This document shows positions 50,391 through 63,424 of a DNA stretch of 64,000 nucleotides, in pieces. Each line of letters starts with the position of its first letter. Positions within the stretch are counted from its first letter, which is position 1. This DNA is from Malacoraja senta. Its lineage: Eukaryota. The notes beneath the pieces are model-generated. The model was given only the letters and a program-made list of their open reading frames with translations. It was not told where the DNA came from and searched no databases. The translations under genes and the position numbers were made by a program. The stretch is from positions 248,001-312,000 of the forward strand of contig CM075999.1 of assembly GCA_038087875.1 (NCBI GenBank). The letters run 5' to 3'.

Positions 50391-51944
50391 TTATTGATTT
50401 GAAGAAGGGATCTTGTGTAATAAGTGTATTGATGGTACAAAGCTAGGTGGCAGTGTTCACTGAGAAGAGGATGTGGAGACTGGAACAGGAACAACATTTA
50501 TAGAACCATTGTTTCACAGAGTTATGTAGCACAGAAATAAGCAGAGGAATGTAGACACAAGGAACTGCGGATGCTGGTTTTCAAAAAAAGACACAAAGTA
50601 AGATGGGTTGGTGAGTAGGTTTGCTGAGAACACCGAAACTGGAGGAGTTGCAGACATTGATGAATGTTGTCAGATACAGCGGGATATAGACCAGCTAGAG
50701 AAATGCGTGGAGAAATGATAGATTGCTCTTTTACTGAGTTTAAACTGAGCAAGTGTGAGGTGGTTGAATGTAAGGAGAGAATTTAGAGTTAAGGCAAGAC
50801 CCTTAACAGCATCGACGTGCGGAGGGATCTTGCTGTCCAAGTTCATAGTTCACTGAAGGTGGCAGCACAAGTAGATAGGGTGGTAAGAAGGAGTATGGTA
50901 TGCTTGCCTTCATTGCAAGGGGCATTGAATATAAGAGTCAGGAAGTCATGGTGCAACTCTTTAGGACTTTGGTTAGGGTGCATTTGGGGTATTGCACGCA
51001 GTTGTGGTCGCCCCAGAGGAAAGATGTGACAGCTTTGGAGAGGGTGCTGAGGAGATTTACAAGAATGCAGCCTGGATTGAAGTGCAGGGAATAGAGGGAT
51101 ATGGATCATGTACAGGCAGATGAGATCAAGGTAACTTGGCATCTTGTTCAGCACAAATATAGTGGGCTGAAGGACCCGCTCCTGTGCTGTACTGTTCTAT
51201 GTTCTAGGTTCCTACCTTAGAGTTAAAATTCACGGTGTGCTCAGAATAGATTAAAGTGCAGCCATCTAGTGGACTGAAATTACAATGGGTGTATAAAATC
51301 ATGAGGGGAATAGATAGGATGTATACACAGAGCCTTTTACCCAGAGTATGGGAATCCAGAACCAGAGGACATAGCTTTAAGGTGAGAGGAAAAAGATTTA
51401 ATACGAATCTGAAGGGAAAATTGTTCGCACTGACGGTGGTAGGTATATGGGGTGAGCTGCGAAAAGATGTAGCAGGTACAATAATAACTTTTAAAAGATA
51501 TTTAGACGTACATGTATAGGAAAGGTTTACAGGGACATGGGTCAAACGTGGTTAAATGGGACCAGCTTAGATCGGGCATATTGGTTGACATGGGTGAGTA
51601 GGGTTGAAGGGCCTCTTTCCTTGCCGTATGCCTCATGGCAAGGTCGGGAATTGGAGAGTTGTTGAGTCGTGATGTAGATCGGCCATGATCACATTGAATG
51701 GGCTAGCAGACAAGGGGCCGAGTGGCCTATCCCAGCTCTTTTTTCTTTGTGCTATTGCACACATTCACCTTGAATGGCTGTTGGCTAGAGTCCCCAGGAA
51801 TCCGTGGAGATGCTGCATTCCTTCAGAGGCTTTGAAATTTCTTGAATGTTTCTCTCTGTCAGAGGAAATAGTTGAGGCAGGTCATAACAACACGTTAAAA
51901 ACAGACAGAAAGTGCTCGAAAGAAACTCGGCATGACAGGCAGTA

Positions 51945-52127
51945 CAGTGCCCTTCATAATGTTTGGGACAAAGACCCATCATATATTTATTTGCTTCTGT
52001 ACTCCACAATTTGAAATTTGTAATAGAAAAAAATCACATGTGGTTAAATTGCACATTGTCTGATTTTATTAAAGGGTATTTTTATACATTTTGGTTTCAC
52101 CATGTAGAAATTACAGCTGTGTTTATA
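51945..52127 (+). mobile_element. Tc1/mariner terminal fragment
   Basis: TA|CAGTGCCCTTCATAATGTTTGGGACAAAG is a Tc1-type terminus; truncated by the Penelope element. Confidence 0.7.
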
Positions 52128-53230
52128 CATTTCCTGCAGTTGCAAGGGAAAGTACCAGGGGAGGGGGTGGGAAGGGTGGGAAGGGACGAATTGACCAGGG
52201 AGTTACGGAGGGAACGATCTCTGCAGAAAACAGAAAGGGGAGGAGATGGGAAGATGTGGCCAGTGGTGGGTTCCCGTTGGAGGTGACGAAAATGTTATAT
52301 GTTGTATTCGACGGCTGGTAGGGTGGAAGGTGAGGAGAAGGGGGGCTCTGTCTTTGTTACGATTAGGGGGATGGGTACTCATCTATAGAGCCTCATCTAT
52401 AGTAGAAGAGGGGGCCCCCCATTCCCTTACGAATGAGGAAATCTCCGATGCCCTGGTTTGGAACACCTCATCCTGGGTGCAGATGCGGCATTGACAGAGG
52501 AATTGGGAGTAGGGGATAGAGTCCTTACAGGAAGCAGGGTGGGAAGAAGTGTAGTCCAGATAGCCATAGTGTCAGTGGATTTGTAGTAGATGTCGGTCCC
52601 TTGCAACCGCAGGAAATGCTACACTTGGCGCTTGACCTCCCCCCTCGACTCCATCCAAGGACCCAAGCAGTCTTTCCAGGTGAGGCAGAGGTTCACCTGC
52701 ACTTCCTCCAACCTCATCTACTGCATCCGCTGTTCAAGGTTTCAACTGCTCTACATCAGTGAGACCAAGTGTAGGCTTGGCAATCGCTTCGCCCAACACC
52801 TCCACAGTTCGCAATAACCAGCCTGATCTACCGGTGGCTCAGCACTTCAACTCCCCCTCCCATTCCAAATTCGACCTTTCTGTCCTGGGCCTCCTCCATG
52901 ACCAGAGTGAGGCCCACCGCAAATTGGAGGAACAGCACCTCATATTTCGCTTGGGTAGTTTACACCCCAGTGGTATGAACATTGACCCCCAATTTCAGGC
53001 AGTCCTTGCTTTCTCCCTTCTTCCCCTCCCCTTCCCAGATCTCCCACAGCCTGCTGTCTCCGCCTCTTCCTTTCTTTTTCCCGCCCCCCCCCCCCGACAT
53101 CAGTCTGAAGAAGGGTCTCGACACGAAACGTCGCATATTCCTTCGTTCCATAGATGTTGCCTCACATGCTGAGTTTCTCCAGCTTTTTTGTCTACCTTCG
53201 ATTTTTCCAGCATCTGCAGTTCTTTCTTAA
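52128..53230 (+). mobile_element. Penelope-like element 3' part with a 5' inversion (RT thumb inverted at 52128-52597; GIY-YIG plus pLTR at 52598-53230)
   Basis: Plus strand: FTCTSSNLIYCIRC..LYISETKCRLGNRFAQH..RLGSLHPSGMNID (GIY-YIG). Minus strand: TDIYYK..YLDYTSSHPASCKDSIPYSQF. Confidence 0.9.
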
Positions 53231-54194
53231 AGTAAACTACAGTCAGCTACGCATGTTCATTTTCAACCTTCTTTAAAGCACAGAGTTATTATAATGCATG
53301 AAGAGGACTTTAAATATTTTAAGCACTCTACCTATCCCTATCCCATTCTGTCTTCTTCAAGCTTTGCAATTTATCTTTGTCACCTGCTGCCGATTTATGG
53401 GTAGATGTTGACATTTCCCTGTTCAATCTTGCTGCTGACCTGTTCTTTCGTGAGGAAATCGAGCGCTCTGCGAATTTTACGTCTAAGCAAATGACTATTA
53501 AAATCAAAAATGAGTTGCAATAAAATGTAGTCCAGTAATAAAAACAGGGGAAATCTAAATATGTATTTCCTGTTGTTGCTTCTCGACATGTTATCGAATA
53601 AAGTTACACCCGGACAGTTGACATTTTATGAAAAGTGGCTGCTAATATATAATTTAAAATCATTGAATAGTTCAAAACATTCATTTGGTGCCTTACCTGG
53701 AGGTAGTGATTAAATAATGACGAGGGTTTGGGTGCGGGATAAAGCTGAAGCAAGAAAGGGAGTGTTACTTTGTCATCAACTCTGGTTCAACCCTGAATCA
53801 AGATCTAAAAAACACTGATTCTTCTGTTACCATAAGGCAACACTATGGCACAGCAGTTAGAGCTGCTGCCTCACAGCGTCAGAGACCAGGGTTCCGTCCT
53901 CACGTCAGGGCGTGTATATGTGAATTTTGCACATTCTGCCTGAGCACGTGGCTTCCCTCCAGGTGCTCCAATGCCCACTCACATCTTAAAGACATGTGCG
54001 TTTGTAGATTAATTGCCCTCTGTAAATTGCCCCTCATGTGTGGGTTTGTGTGAACAGTACATTGATGGTTGGTGTGGAGTTGGTGGGCCGAAAAGCCTGT
54101 TTCCATGCAGTACCTTTTAATTCAATCCAGTTCAATATGTCTAGTTTCAACTCCCACCATTGCACTCCCTAGACTTGTTGAAGAACTAAGAACT

Positions 54195-57100
54195 AAGGTG
54201 GGTTTAAACTAAATAGTATGGGGGGGGGGGGGGGGGAGATGACAAATTGGAAATACAAGGATGGAGTTAAAGGGAGAGTACAGGAAAAGTTAAGAAAGAC
54301 ACCAGAATTAATGGGGCAGAAAGCTCATGAAGGGATAGGAGAGTATGGCCAAGTGAAATAGGAATCGATGTGAAAGGTGAGGTGAGTAATGGATTAAAAG
54401 TATGATATAGGAATGCGCGAAGTATAAGAAGTAAAGTGGATGAGCTTGAGGCTCAGTTAGAGATTGGTAGATAAGACATTGTGGGGATTACAGAGACATG
54501 GCTGCAGGAGGATCGGGACTGGGAACTGAATATTCAGGGTTATACACCCTATAGAAAGGACCGGCAGGTGGGCAGAAAAGGTGGGGTAGCTCTGTTGGTG
54601 AGGGATGAAATTCAGTTCCTTGCGAGGGGTGACATAGGGACTGACGATGTAGAGTCGCTGTGGATAGAATTGAGGAATTGTAAAGGTAAGAAGACACTCA
54701 TGGGAGTTATCTACAGGCCCCCAAACAGTAGCCTGGATATAGGGTGCAAGTTGCAGCAGAAGTTAAAATCGGCATGTAACAAAGGTAATGCCACTGTGGA
54801 GATTTCAATATGCAGGCAGACGGCGAAAATCAGTTTGGTTCTGGACCCCTTGAAAGGGGGTTTGTAGAGTTCCTCTGAGATAAATTCTGAGAGCAGCTTG
54901 TACTGGAGCTGACCAGAGAGAAGGCTATTCTGGATTTAATGTGATCTAATGAACCAGATTTAATAAGGGAACTCAAGGTAAAGAAACCGCTAGGAGGTAG
55001 TGACCATAATTGATAAGTTTTAATCTACAATTTGAGAGGGAGAAGGTTAAATCAGAAGTGTCAATGTTGCAGTTGAACAAAGGGGACTATGAACGCATGA
55101 GAGAGGAGCTAGCCAAGGTCGACTGGAAAAGGATCCTAGCAGGAATGACGGTGGAACAGTAATGGCAGGAGTTTTGGGGCATAATCCAGAAGATGCAGGA
55201 TCATTTTATTCCAAACAGGAAGAAAGATTCTAAGGGGAGTAAGAGGCAACCATGGCTGTCAAGGGAAGTTAGGGATGGAATAAAACTAAAAGAAAAGGTG
55301 TATAACATAGCAAAGAGTAGCGGGAAGCCAGAGGATTCTTTCAAAGGACAACAGAAGGTAACAAAAAGGGCAATACAGGGTGAAAGGATGATGAGGGTAA
55401 GCTGCCCAAGAATATAAAGAAGGATAGTAAAAGCTTCTTTAGGTATGTTAAAAGAAAAAGATTAGTAAAGACAAATGTGAGTCCCTTGAAGGCAGAAACA
55501 GGTGAAATTATTATGGGGAACAAGGAAATGGCAGAAGAGTTGAACAAGTACTTTGGTTCTGTCTTCACGAAGGAAGACACAAACAATCTCCCAGATGTAC
55601 TAGAGGACAGAGGATCTAGGGAGACAGAGGAACTGAAAGAAATTTGCATTAGGCGAAAAATAGTATTGGGTAGACTGATGGGACTAAAGGCTGATAAATC
55701 CCCTGGGCCTGATGGTCTGCATCCCAGGGTACTCAAGGAGGTGGCTCTTGAAATCGTGGACGCATTGGTGATTATTTTCCAATGTTCTATAGATTCAGGA
55801 TCAGTTCCTGTGGATTGGAGGGTAGCTCTGTTATCCCATTTTTCAAGAAAGGAGCGAGAGAGAAAACGGGGAATTATAGACCTGACATCGGTGGGAAGGG
55901 ATGAATAGTGGGAAGATGCTGGAGTCAATTATTAAAGAAGTAATAACGGCGCATTTGGATAGCAGTAAAAGGATTGGTCCAAGTCAGCATGGATTTATGA
56001 AGGGGAAATCCTGCTGGACTAATCTTCTGGAATTTTTTGAGTAAAATGGATGAAGGAGAGCCAGTGGATGTAGTGTATCTGGACTTTCAGAAAGTCTTTG
56101 ATAAGGTCCCACACAGGAGATTAGTGGGCCAAATTAGAGCACTTGGTATTGGGGGTAGGGTATTGACATGGATAGAGAATTGGTTGGCAGACAGGAAAAA
56201 AAGAGGAGGAATAAACGGGTCCTTGTCAGAATGGCTTGGCAGTGGCGAGTGGAATGCCGCAAGGCTCGGTGCTGGTCCGCAACTGTTTACAATATATATT
56301 AATGATTTCGATATTTAGATGATGGAATTAAAAGTATCACTAGCAACTTTGCAGATGACACAAAGCTGGGTGGCAGTGTGAACTGCGAAGAGGATGCGAG
56401 GAGGTTGCAGGGTGACTTGGACAGGTTGAGTGAGTGGGCAGATGTATGGCCGATGCAGTATAATGTAGATAAATGTGAGGTTATCCACTTCCGCGGCAAG
56501 AAAAAGGCAGATTATTATCTTAATGGTGTCAGATTACGAAAAAGGGAAATGCAACGAGACCTGGGTGTCTTTGTACACCATTCACTGAAAGTAAACATGC
56601 AGGTACAGCAGGCAGTGAAGAAAGCTAATGGCACGTTGGCCTTCATAACGAGAGGATTTGAGCATAGGAGCAAAGAGGTCCTTCTGCAGTTGTACAGGGC
56701 CCTGGTGAGACCACACCTGGAGTATTGTGTGCAGTTTTGGTCTCCTAATTTGAGGAAGGACATCCTTGCTATTGAGGCAGTGCTGCATAAGTTCACGAGG
56801 TTAATCCCCGGGATGTCGGGACTGTCATATGAGGAAAGATTGGAAAGACTGGGCTTGTATTCACTGGAATTTAGAAGGATGAGAGGAAATCTTATAGAAA
56901 CGTATACAATTATAAAAGGAATAGATGCAGGAAAAATATTCCCAATGTTGGGGGAGTCCAGAACCAGGGCAACAGTCTAAGAATAAAGGGAAGGCCATTT
57001 AAAACTGAGATGAGAAAAAACTTTTTCACCCAGAGAGTTGTGAATTTGTGGAATTCTCTGCCACAGAAGGCAGCAGTGGCCAATTCAGTGGATGAATTTA

Positions 57101-57270
57101 AAAGCGAGTTAGATAGAGCTCTAGAGGCTAGCGGAATCAAGGGATATGGGGAGAAGGCAGGCACGGGTTACAGATTGTGGATGATCAGCCATGATCACAA
57201 TGAATGGCAGTGCTGGCTCGAATGGCCAAATGGCCTCCTCCTGCACCTATTTTTTATGTTTCTGTTTCTA
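54195..57270 (+). mobile_element. Nearly complete but decayed CR1 ORF2 plus 3' UTR
   Basis: GITETWL, GGVALLV, GVIYRPP, KSPGPDGLHP, LDFQK, VRPHLEYCVQFWSP spread over several frames, with a CR1 tail. Confidence 0.95.
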
Positions 57271-58787
57271 ACTGACCTGCCCCTTTACCCGAGGCTCTAG
57301 AGCACCCCCACTTCAGAACAAGCTTCTCGGTATGGCTTGGCACATGTCTACCTGCTCTGTCCAAAGGTTTATCTCCTCATGCCGACCCAAGGAAGTCAAG
57401 ACAAGGAAAGCAAAGGGGAGAGAAGGGAAGGGAAAACATCAAAATTACCTTGGATCATGCAGGCAGAAGAGATTAATTTATCTTGGCATTATGTTCAGCA
57501 AGGTCTATGGTCTATTCCTATGTTCTAAAATACTGCAGATGTTGAAATTGTGAAATACAATTCTTAAACTCCACTATCATATCTGCCTCCACCACCATCC
57601 CCAGCAGCCCATTCCAGGCATCCACTTCCCTCTGTATAAAATAACTTTATCACATCTCCTTTAAACTTTCCCCCTTTCAACTTAAAGCTATGTACTCTCG
57701 TCCTTATATTTCCATCCTGAGTTTGAAGGGTGACCTTACAGAGGTTTATAAAGTCACGAGGTACATAGATAAGGTAAATAGCCATGTCTTTTCCCCAAGG
57801 TAAGGGAGTCAACAACTGGAGAGTATAAGTTTAAGGTCAGAGGGGAAAAATTTGAATGGAACTTCAGGGATAACCTTTTCACACAGAGGATGGTGTATGT
57901 ATGGAATGAGCTGCCTGAGGAAGTGGTAGAGGCAGGTACAATTACGATATCTAACAGATACTTGGACAGGTATATTGAAAGGGAAAGTTTTGGAGGAATA
58001 TGCACCAGGCGCAAGTAAGGATGAGCTTGGTTAGGCAACTTGGTCGGTATGGACGTATTGGGCCGAAGGTCCTGTTTCCATGCTGTGTAGCTTTATAATG
58101 TGTTTCTTCACATCCGTCTTAAACCATTGACCAAACTCTGAAATCTTTCTCTGCTGCTTCTTGAACTTTTCTCCACTGGGAACGTCACTTTCAAACCAAA
58201 CAAGGTTTCTCCAAAAAATCATGCAGTTGGGATATAACACACAGTGTTGGAGGAACCCAGCGGGTCAGGCAACATATGTGCAGGGAATAGACAAGTGACA
58301 TTTTGGGTCGGTACTGTTTTTCAAACCACTCATATTCCGTGTCTGAATGAAGAAGGGTCCTCAGCTGAAATGTCATCATTCCAGTCCTTCCACAGATGCT
58401 GACTGACCCGCCAAATTCCTCCAGCACTTTGTGTTTTGTCAAGATTCCAGCATCTGCAGTTCCTTACATCTTCACAGTTGGGGCAGACTTGCTTTTACAA
58501 ATAATATGTTCCATGGGGACTTTGAAAGATTGGATTGTGAGCCAAGGAAGATAGGTGAGTTGGGTAAAGGAGCGATGGATCTTGAGGTGTATTTTAAATG
58601 AGAAAATGGTAGACTGGAAGAGATTTCAGAAACGATTTCCAGAATATGGAGTTGTACAGGTGAAGAATAATATCAAAGCAAAGAAAATTTTACAATTTTT
58701 TAAGTAAAATATTTTTTATTTACTTAATATGGAGCATTCATATCTCCCCATCCTTCATGCAGCAAACCAACTCTGTTACAGTAATGT

Positions 58788-59010
58788 TCAAGAAGGAACT
58801 GCAGATGCTGGAGAATCGAAGGTAGACAAAATTGCTGGAGAAACTCAGCGGGTGCGGCAGCATCTATGGAGCGAAGGAAATAGGCAACGTTTCGGGCCGA
58901 AACCCTTCTTCAGACTGAAGAATCTTAGTTATCTACCTCAGTCTGAAGAAGGGTTTCGCTCCATAGATGCTGCCTCACCCGCTGAGTTTCTCCAGCAATT
59001 TTGTCTACCT
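58788..59010. mobile_element. Inverted pair of Penelope pLTR-derived short elements, 16-bp TSD
   Basis: Palindromic arms; TSD tctgttacagtaatgt at 58772-58787 and 59011-59026. Confidence 0.85.
58886..58913 (-). ncRNA. Minimal hammerhead ribozyme core (best-preserved copy)
   Basis: CUGAAGA-A-GGGU-UUCG-GCCC-GAAA-CG-UU: catalytic boxes, 4-bp stem II and palindromic ACGU stem III. Confidence 0.65.
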
Positions 59011-59394
59011 TCTGTTACAGTAATGTCTGTTTCATTTGACCCAAGTCACTCACATAATGCATTGTAAGTAAGATGAGGTTTGTTTTCCTTCTATTGTTGT
59101 TTCATAATTCACATGTTTTTGACTTGCCAGACCTTAGGATGAAGTCACCTTAAAGTTCAAGCTGTAATTTAAAAATGAGCCCAACACCCAGCAACTTGAC
59201 AGTGCTACTGTTTACCATGAGCTCAGGGACAACAGAAAAAAACACTTTGACTTCAGTGGAATTTAACTTACCAAATTACTTTACTGTGAACGGTAACAAC
59301 TTCAGTGGCAAAATATATTTATGTAGTTATTTTGTTGGTAGTAAAGTATTGAAAAAATAAATGTTCACTAATTTATTATTTGCATTTATATTCT

Positions 59395-60410
59395 TTCATC
59401 AAGGTTGCTCTCAATGCCAGTAAAACCAAGGAACTGATTGTTGACTTTAGAAGAGGAAGGCCAAGGAACCACAAACCTGTCTTCATCGACGGGTCGGTGG
59501 TGCTGAGAGTCAACAACTTCAAGCACCTGTGCGTGCATATCTCTGAAGATCTGCCCTGGAACCAGCATATTAATCAATGAATTAATTAATTGATAAGTTT
59601 ATTCGCCAAGCATGTACACATACAAGGAATTTGCCTTGGCGCTCCGCTCGCAAGTAACAACACGACATAGAGTAAACAATTAAGCATAAAACATAAAACA
59701 TTAAGAATAAAACATTATAGTTTAAACATGTGAATGAAATAAAATACCAGAGCAAAAGGAGGCTACAGACTTTTGGTTATTGAGTAGAGCTTTATGCAAT
59801 CATAAAGAAATCCCATCTACTTCCTTAACAGATTGAGGAGATTTGGTATGTCGACGAATACTCTCTTGACTTTTTACAGGTGTATGGGAGAGAGCTTATT
59901 GACTGGTTCCATCAAGGTCTGGTTTGCAACCCGAATGCCCAAAAATTAAGAAGATTACAAAAAGTGGTGAACACCGCCCAGTCCATCATGAGTACTGACC
60001 TCCCCACCAACAAAGGGATCTACATTATTCGCTACCTCAAAAAGACACCTTACATCATCAAGGGCCCACACCACCCTGGCCACACCACCCTGGTCATTTC
60101 ACTCCTGCCATTGAGCAGAAAGTATAGGAGTTTGAAAACTGTAATGTGCAGGTTCAGGAGCACCTTCTTCCCACAACCACCAACATATTGAACACTCCAA
60201 CTAAACTCTTAACTACAAACAGCCTGAGTTGTCTTGGGACTTCAAGCTTTGTTTTTATTTGCATCATTTTTTTTTTAATTTATTGATTTTTTTTTGTTTA
60301 TTATAGTATGTATTAAGTACTGCGTTTACAAACCTGTTTTGCTGTTGCAAATAAGAATTCCATTGTTCTATTTTGGTACATATGACAATTCAATACTCTT
60401 GACTCTCTTG
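59395..60410 (+). mobile_element. Rex1/Babar LINE 3' fragment, interrupted by another LINE tail at about 59570-59790
   Basis: LNASKTKELIVDFRR..NNFKHLCVHISEDLPW, LQKVVNTAQSI and HPGH..LLP motifs. Confidence 0.8.
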
Positions 60411-60577
60411 AATCTTTCTTGAGGTGATGTTTAATGTGAGAGGGACAAAGCTTAAGGAGATGTGCAGAGTGAGTTTTCTTTACTTCAGAATGGTGGGTAC
60501 CTGGAATGCACTGCCAAGGGTGGTGGTGGAGGCAGATATGATAGTGGTGCTTACGAGGCTTTTAGATAAGCACATGG

Positions 60578-60745
60578 CTAGCAGCCTTGATCCACTGCAG
60601 TTTGCCTACAGCCACAACAGGTCCAAAGCTGATCCCATCTCCCTGGTCCTACACCCATCCCTGGAACACCTGGAGAAGAAGGACATCTATGTCATAATCC
60701 ATGGACTCCAGCTCAGCTTTCAATACCATTATCCCAACCAAGCTC
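60578..60745 (+). mobile_element. Rex1/Babar RT fragment
   Basis: LDPLQFAY..S..D.ISL.LH..LEHLE and DSSSAFNTIIP. Confidence 0.8.
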
Positions 60746-61299
60746 CATCCCTTCTCTCCTGAGATGCAGACCAGCATCTGCAGTTCTTTCCTACACAAAC
60801 AAATAAAGAAAATACATTTTACCGCACTAAAGACGCAAGGACCTTTACATTTTTTTAGCAAAATACAAATGGAGGATGAACTCAGAAGGTCAGGCAGCAT
60901 CTGTGGCAAGAATGGACAAATGAAGCTTCGGGTCTGACACTGGTTATTCTAGCACATTATGTTTTGATCAAAATTCCACCATCTGCATTCCTTGTGTCTC
61001 CTTTGAAGTTCTTACCGACCACATTAAAGTTGTTTGGTAAGTACAATGTGATTGAAGAAAAAAAGTTCATTGTCCCCGAGCTCTGTCAAGTATCTGAGTC
61101 ATTTTCAAAACTGTTGACAGCTTGAACTTTGGAGGTGACTTTATCCACAAGTCTGGCAAGTCAAGCATCAGACCTTTTAAGGCAGCATCTCACAGGAGTT
61201 CCGTCCACTCTAGTTTTGTGAGTTCTGAAGTGACGGATGAGCCAATGTGGGAATGGCAAACTCATCCAGAGTTGGGGCAGGAGGATGGGATGTTTCAAA

Positions 61300-61890
61300 G
61301 ATCTTTTATTGTCACATGTACCAATTAAGGTACAGTGATATGCGAATTACCATACAGCCATACGAAAGAAAGAGCAATGAGACACACAACTACATAAAAG
61401 TTGACATAAACATCCACCACAGTGGATTCCCCACATTTCTCACCTTGATGGAAGGCAAAAAAGTCCACTTATCTTCCTCTTTATTCTCCCGCGGTCAGGT
61501 CAGTTGAATCATCCGTCGGGGCAGTCAAAGCTCCGGCATCAGGGCGATCAAAGCTCCCACGTCGGGCGATCAAAGCTCCCACGTCGGGGCAGTCGAAGCT
61601 CCTACGGCTTGGAGTTAAAGTCCCGCAGGCTCCCTCAAAATCGGTCTCCAGCAAAGCCGCTAACTCCTCGATGTTAGGCTGCAATGCGGACGGAGATACG
61701 ATATGGAAAACAATTGCATCTCCGTCGTGGTAAGAGATTAGAAAAAGTTTCCCCCAACCCAACCCCCCACATAAACCAATCTAGAGAACACTAAAAACAT
61801 ACATTTAATACATACTATTAAAACACAAAGAAGGAAGGGACAGACAGACTGGTGTTAGCGAGGCAGTCTTCTACTGCGTATATGGTGCCT
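61300..61890 (-). mobile_element. Related non-autonomous retroelement with an internal 22-24 bp tandem array
   Basis: Ends shared with 36660-37425; 4 units of cggg(g)c(a)g(a)tc(a/g)aagctcc at about 61516-61605. Confidence 0.6.
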
Positions 61891-62103
61891 CCCTCATACA
61901 TGGTCTCCAGCTTTCCAACCCCATCACCCAATGCTCATTCCCCTCTCTGAGCAGTCCTGGCTCACAGATTTAAGCAGTCCATGGGGTAGGGGGGGGAACG
62001 GCTTGCAGTTTTTCAAAGGAGGCTTTGGGAACATTCTTGAATTATTTTCTCTCTAAGTATCAATAACAGTTCCTGTGACAGAGCTGGGATGAGATGAAAA
62101 AGT

Positions 62104-62131
62104 CTGAAGAAGGGTCTCGACCTGAAACGTC
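62104..62131 (+). ncRNA. Minimal hammerhead ribozyme core in a Penelope-derived short element
   Basis: CUGAAGA-A-GGGU-CUCG-ACCU-GAAA-CG-UC. Confidence 0.55.
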
Positions 62132-63006
62132 ACCTATTCCTTTTCTCCAGAGATGCTGCCTGACCTGCTGAGTTACCCCAGCGTTTTGTGCCTATCTTCT
62201 GGGAATAGAGAAACTGTTTCTGAAGTTGAGCAGACAAATTGTGTCAACTAAAGTCTATAAAAGGCATTCAACTTTTAACCCTGTAAATAAAGTTTTAAAA
62301 AAAACTTTTCATCAAAGTGCTGGAGGAACTCAACAGGTTAGACAGCATTTGTGAAGTCTTATCGGGTTGGGAATCTTCATCAGTCTGAAGAAGGGTCCCA
62401 ACCCGAAATTACATCTGTTCATTCCCTCCCCAGATGCTGCCTGACCTGCTGAGTCCTTCCAGCACTTTGTGTTTTACTCAAGTTTACAGCATCTACAGTT
62501 CCTTGCATCTCCATTTTAATTACAGCAACCTGACTTGTATAGTTTAATTTAGTTTAGAAATACGGCATGAAAACAGCCCCACTGAGTCCATGCTGGCCAT
62601 CATTAACCTGTTCACACCAGTACTATATTATCTCACTTTGCCATCCAACCCCTTTTCAATACAGGACATAAAATAATTTACTTCCTACTTCCTCAGCTGA
62701 ACTACATACCAACTCTCTGAATTCTATGAACCTACAGTTTATAACAAAGGTTATTTGAACAAATGTTTGCTGCTTTCTTGGAAGATAAAGGTTATTTGCC
62801 GAATTTTCAAGAATGCAAAGTAGCTATGCTTGGAACAAACACGGCAAACATATTTTCATATTTCACATCGGTATTGATTTTTGGTTCATGTGTGAAAGAT
62901 TGGTGCCAACTGCGAACAAGTCCACCCGGTTTTTCAAGCCTTTCAACAGCAGACGTAATGTCACTTGCAAGTGAACAGATCAAACAGCAACACACAACAC
63001 AGCCAA

Positions 63007-63032
63007 CTAAATTGTGGAATCCCTACTGAGAC
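63007..63032 (-). CDS. Candidate terminal coding exon of an unidentified minus-strand gene (..GLSRDSTI*)
   Basis: Very strong acceptor ctcacatttcctcttctcccctctcag|. The phase-1 frame ends in the PDZ-ligand-like DSTI*. Unique UTR-like sequence follows to about 62650. The frame is not independently confirmed. Confidence 0.35.
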
Positions 63033-63424
63033 CTGAGAGGGGAGAAGAGGAAATGTGAGTGATCCTTGATTATATAGACACAAGGAACCACAGATGCTGG
63101 TTTACAAAAAAAAAAGACACAAAGTGCTGGAATAACTCAGCTGGTCAGGCGGCATCTTCGAAGAATATGGATAGGTCACAAGTTCACATGTCCACAAGCT
63201 ATAGGAGTAGAATTAGGCCGTTTGGTCCATCGAGTTTACATGATGTTTCAGGTTGGGACCCTTCTTCAGTCTAATTGTAGCCGGGGGGAGATACCAGGAA
63301 AATAAATGTGGGGACAGGATAATGCCTGGCAAGTGATAGGTGGATGCGTCTGTGAGGGGGATTTTGATTGGCAAATGGTTGGTCAGAGGCCTGACCTGAA
63401 AAGACAAAAAGTGTGAGATAAGAG

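Larger units (their letters stand above)
48860..51630 (+). mobile_element. Cluster of old CR1 fragments with nested RTEX-derived and Harbinger insertions
   Basis: SQHGF, MLAFIARGIEYKS, LERVLRRFTRM motifs and CR1 3' tails. Confidence 0.8.

Noticed and set aside
61516..61605. Short repeats resembling a CRISPR array
   Set aside because: Tandem units without unique spacers, eukaryotic context, no cas genes.
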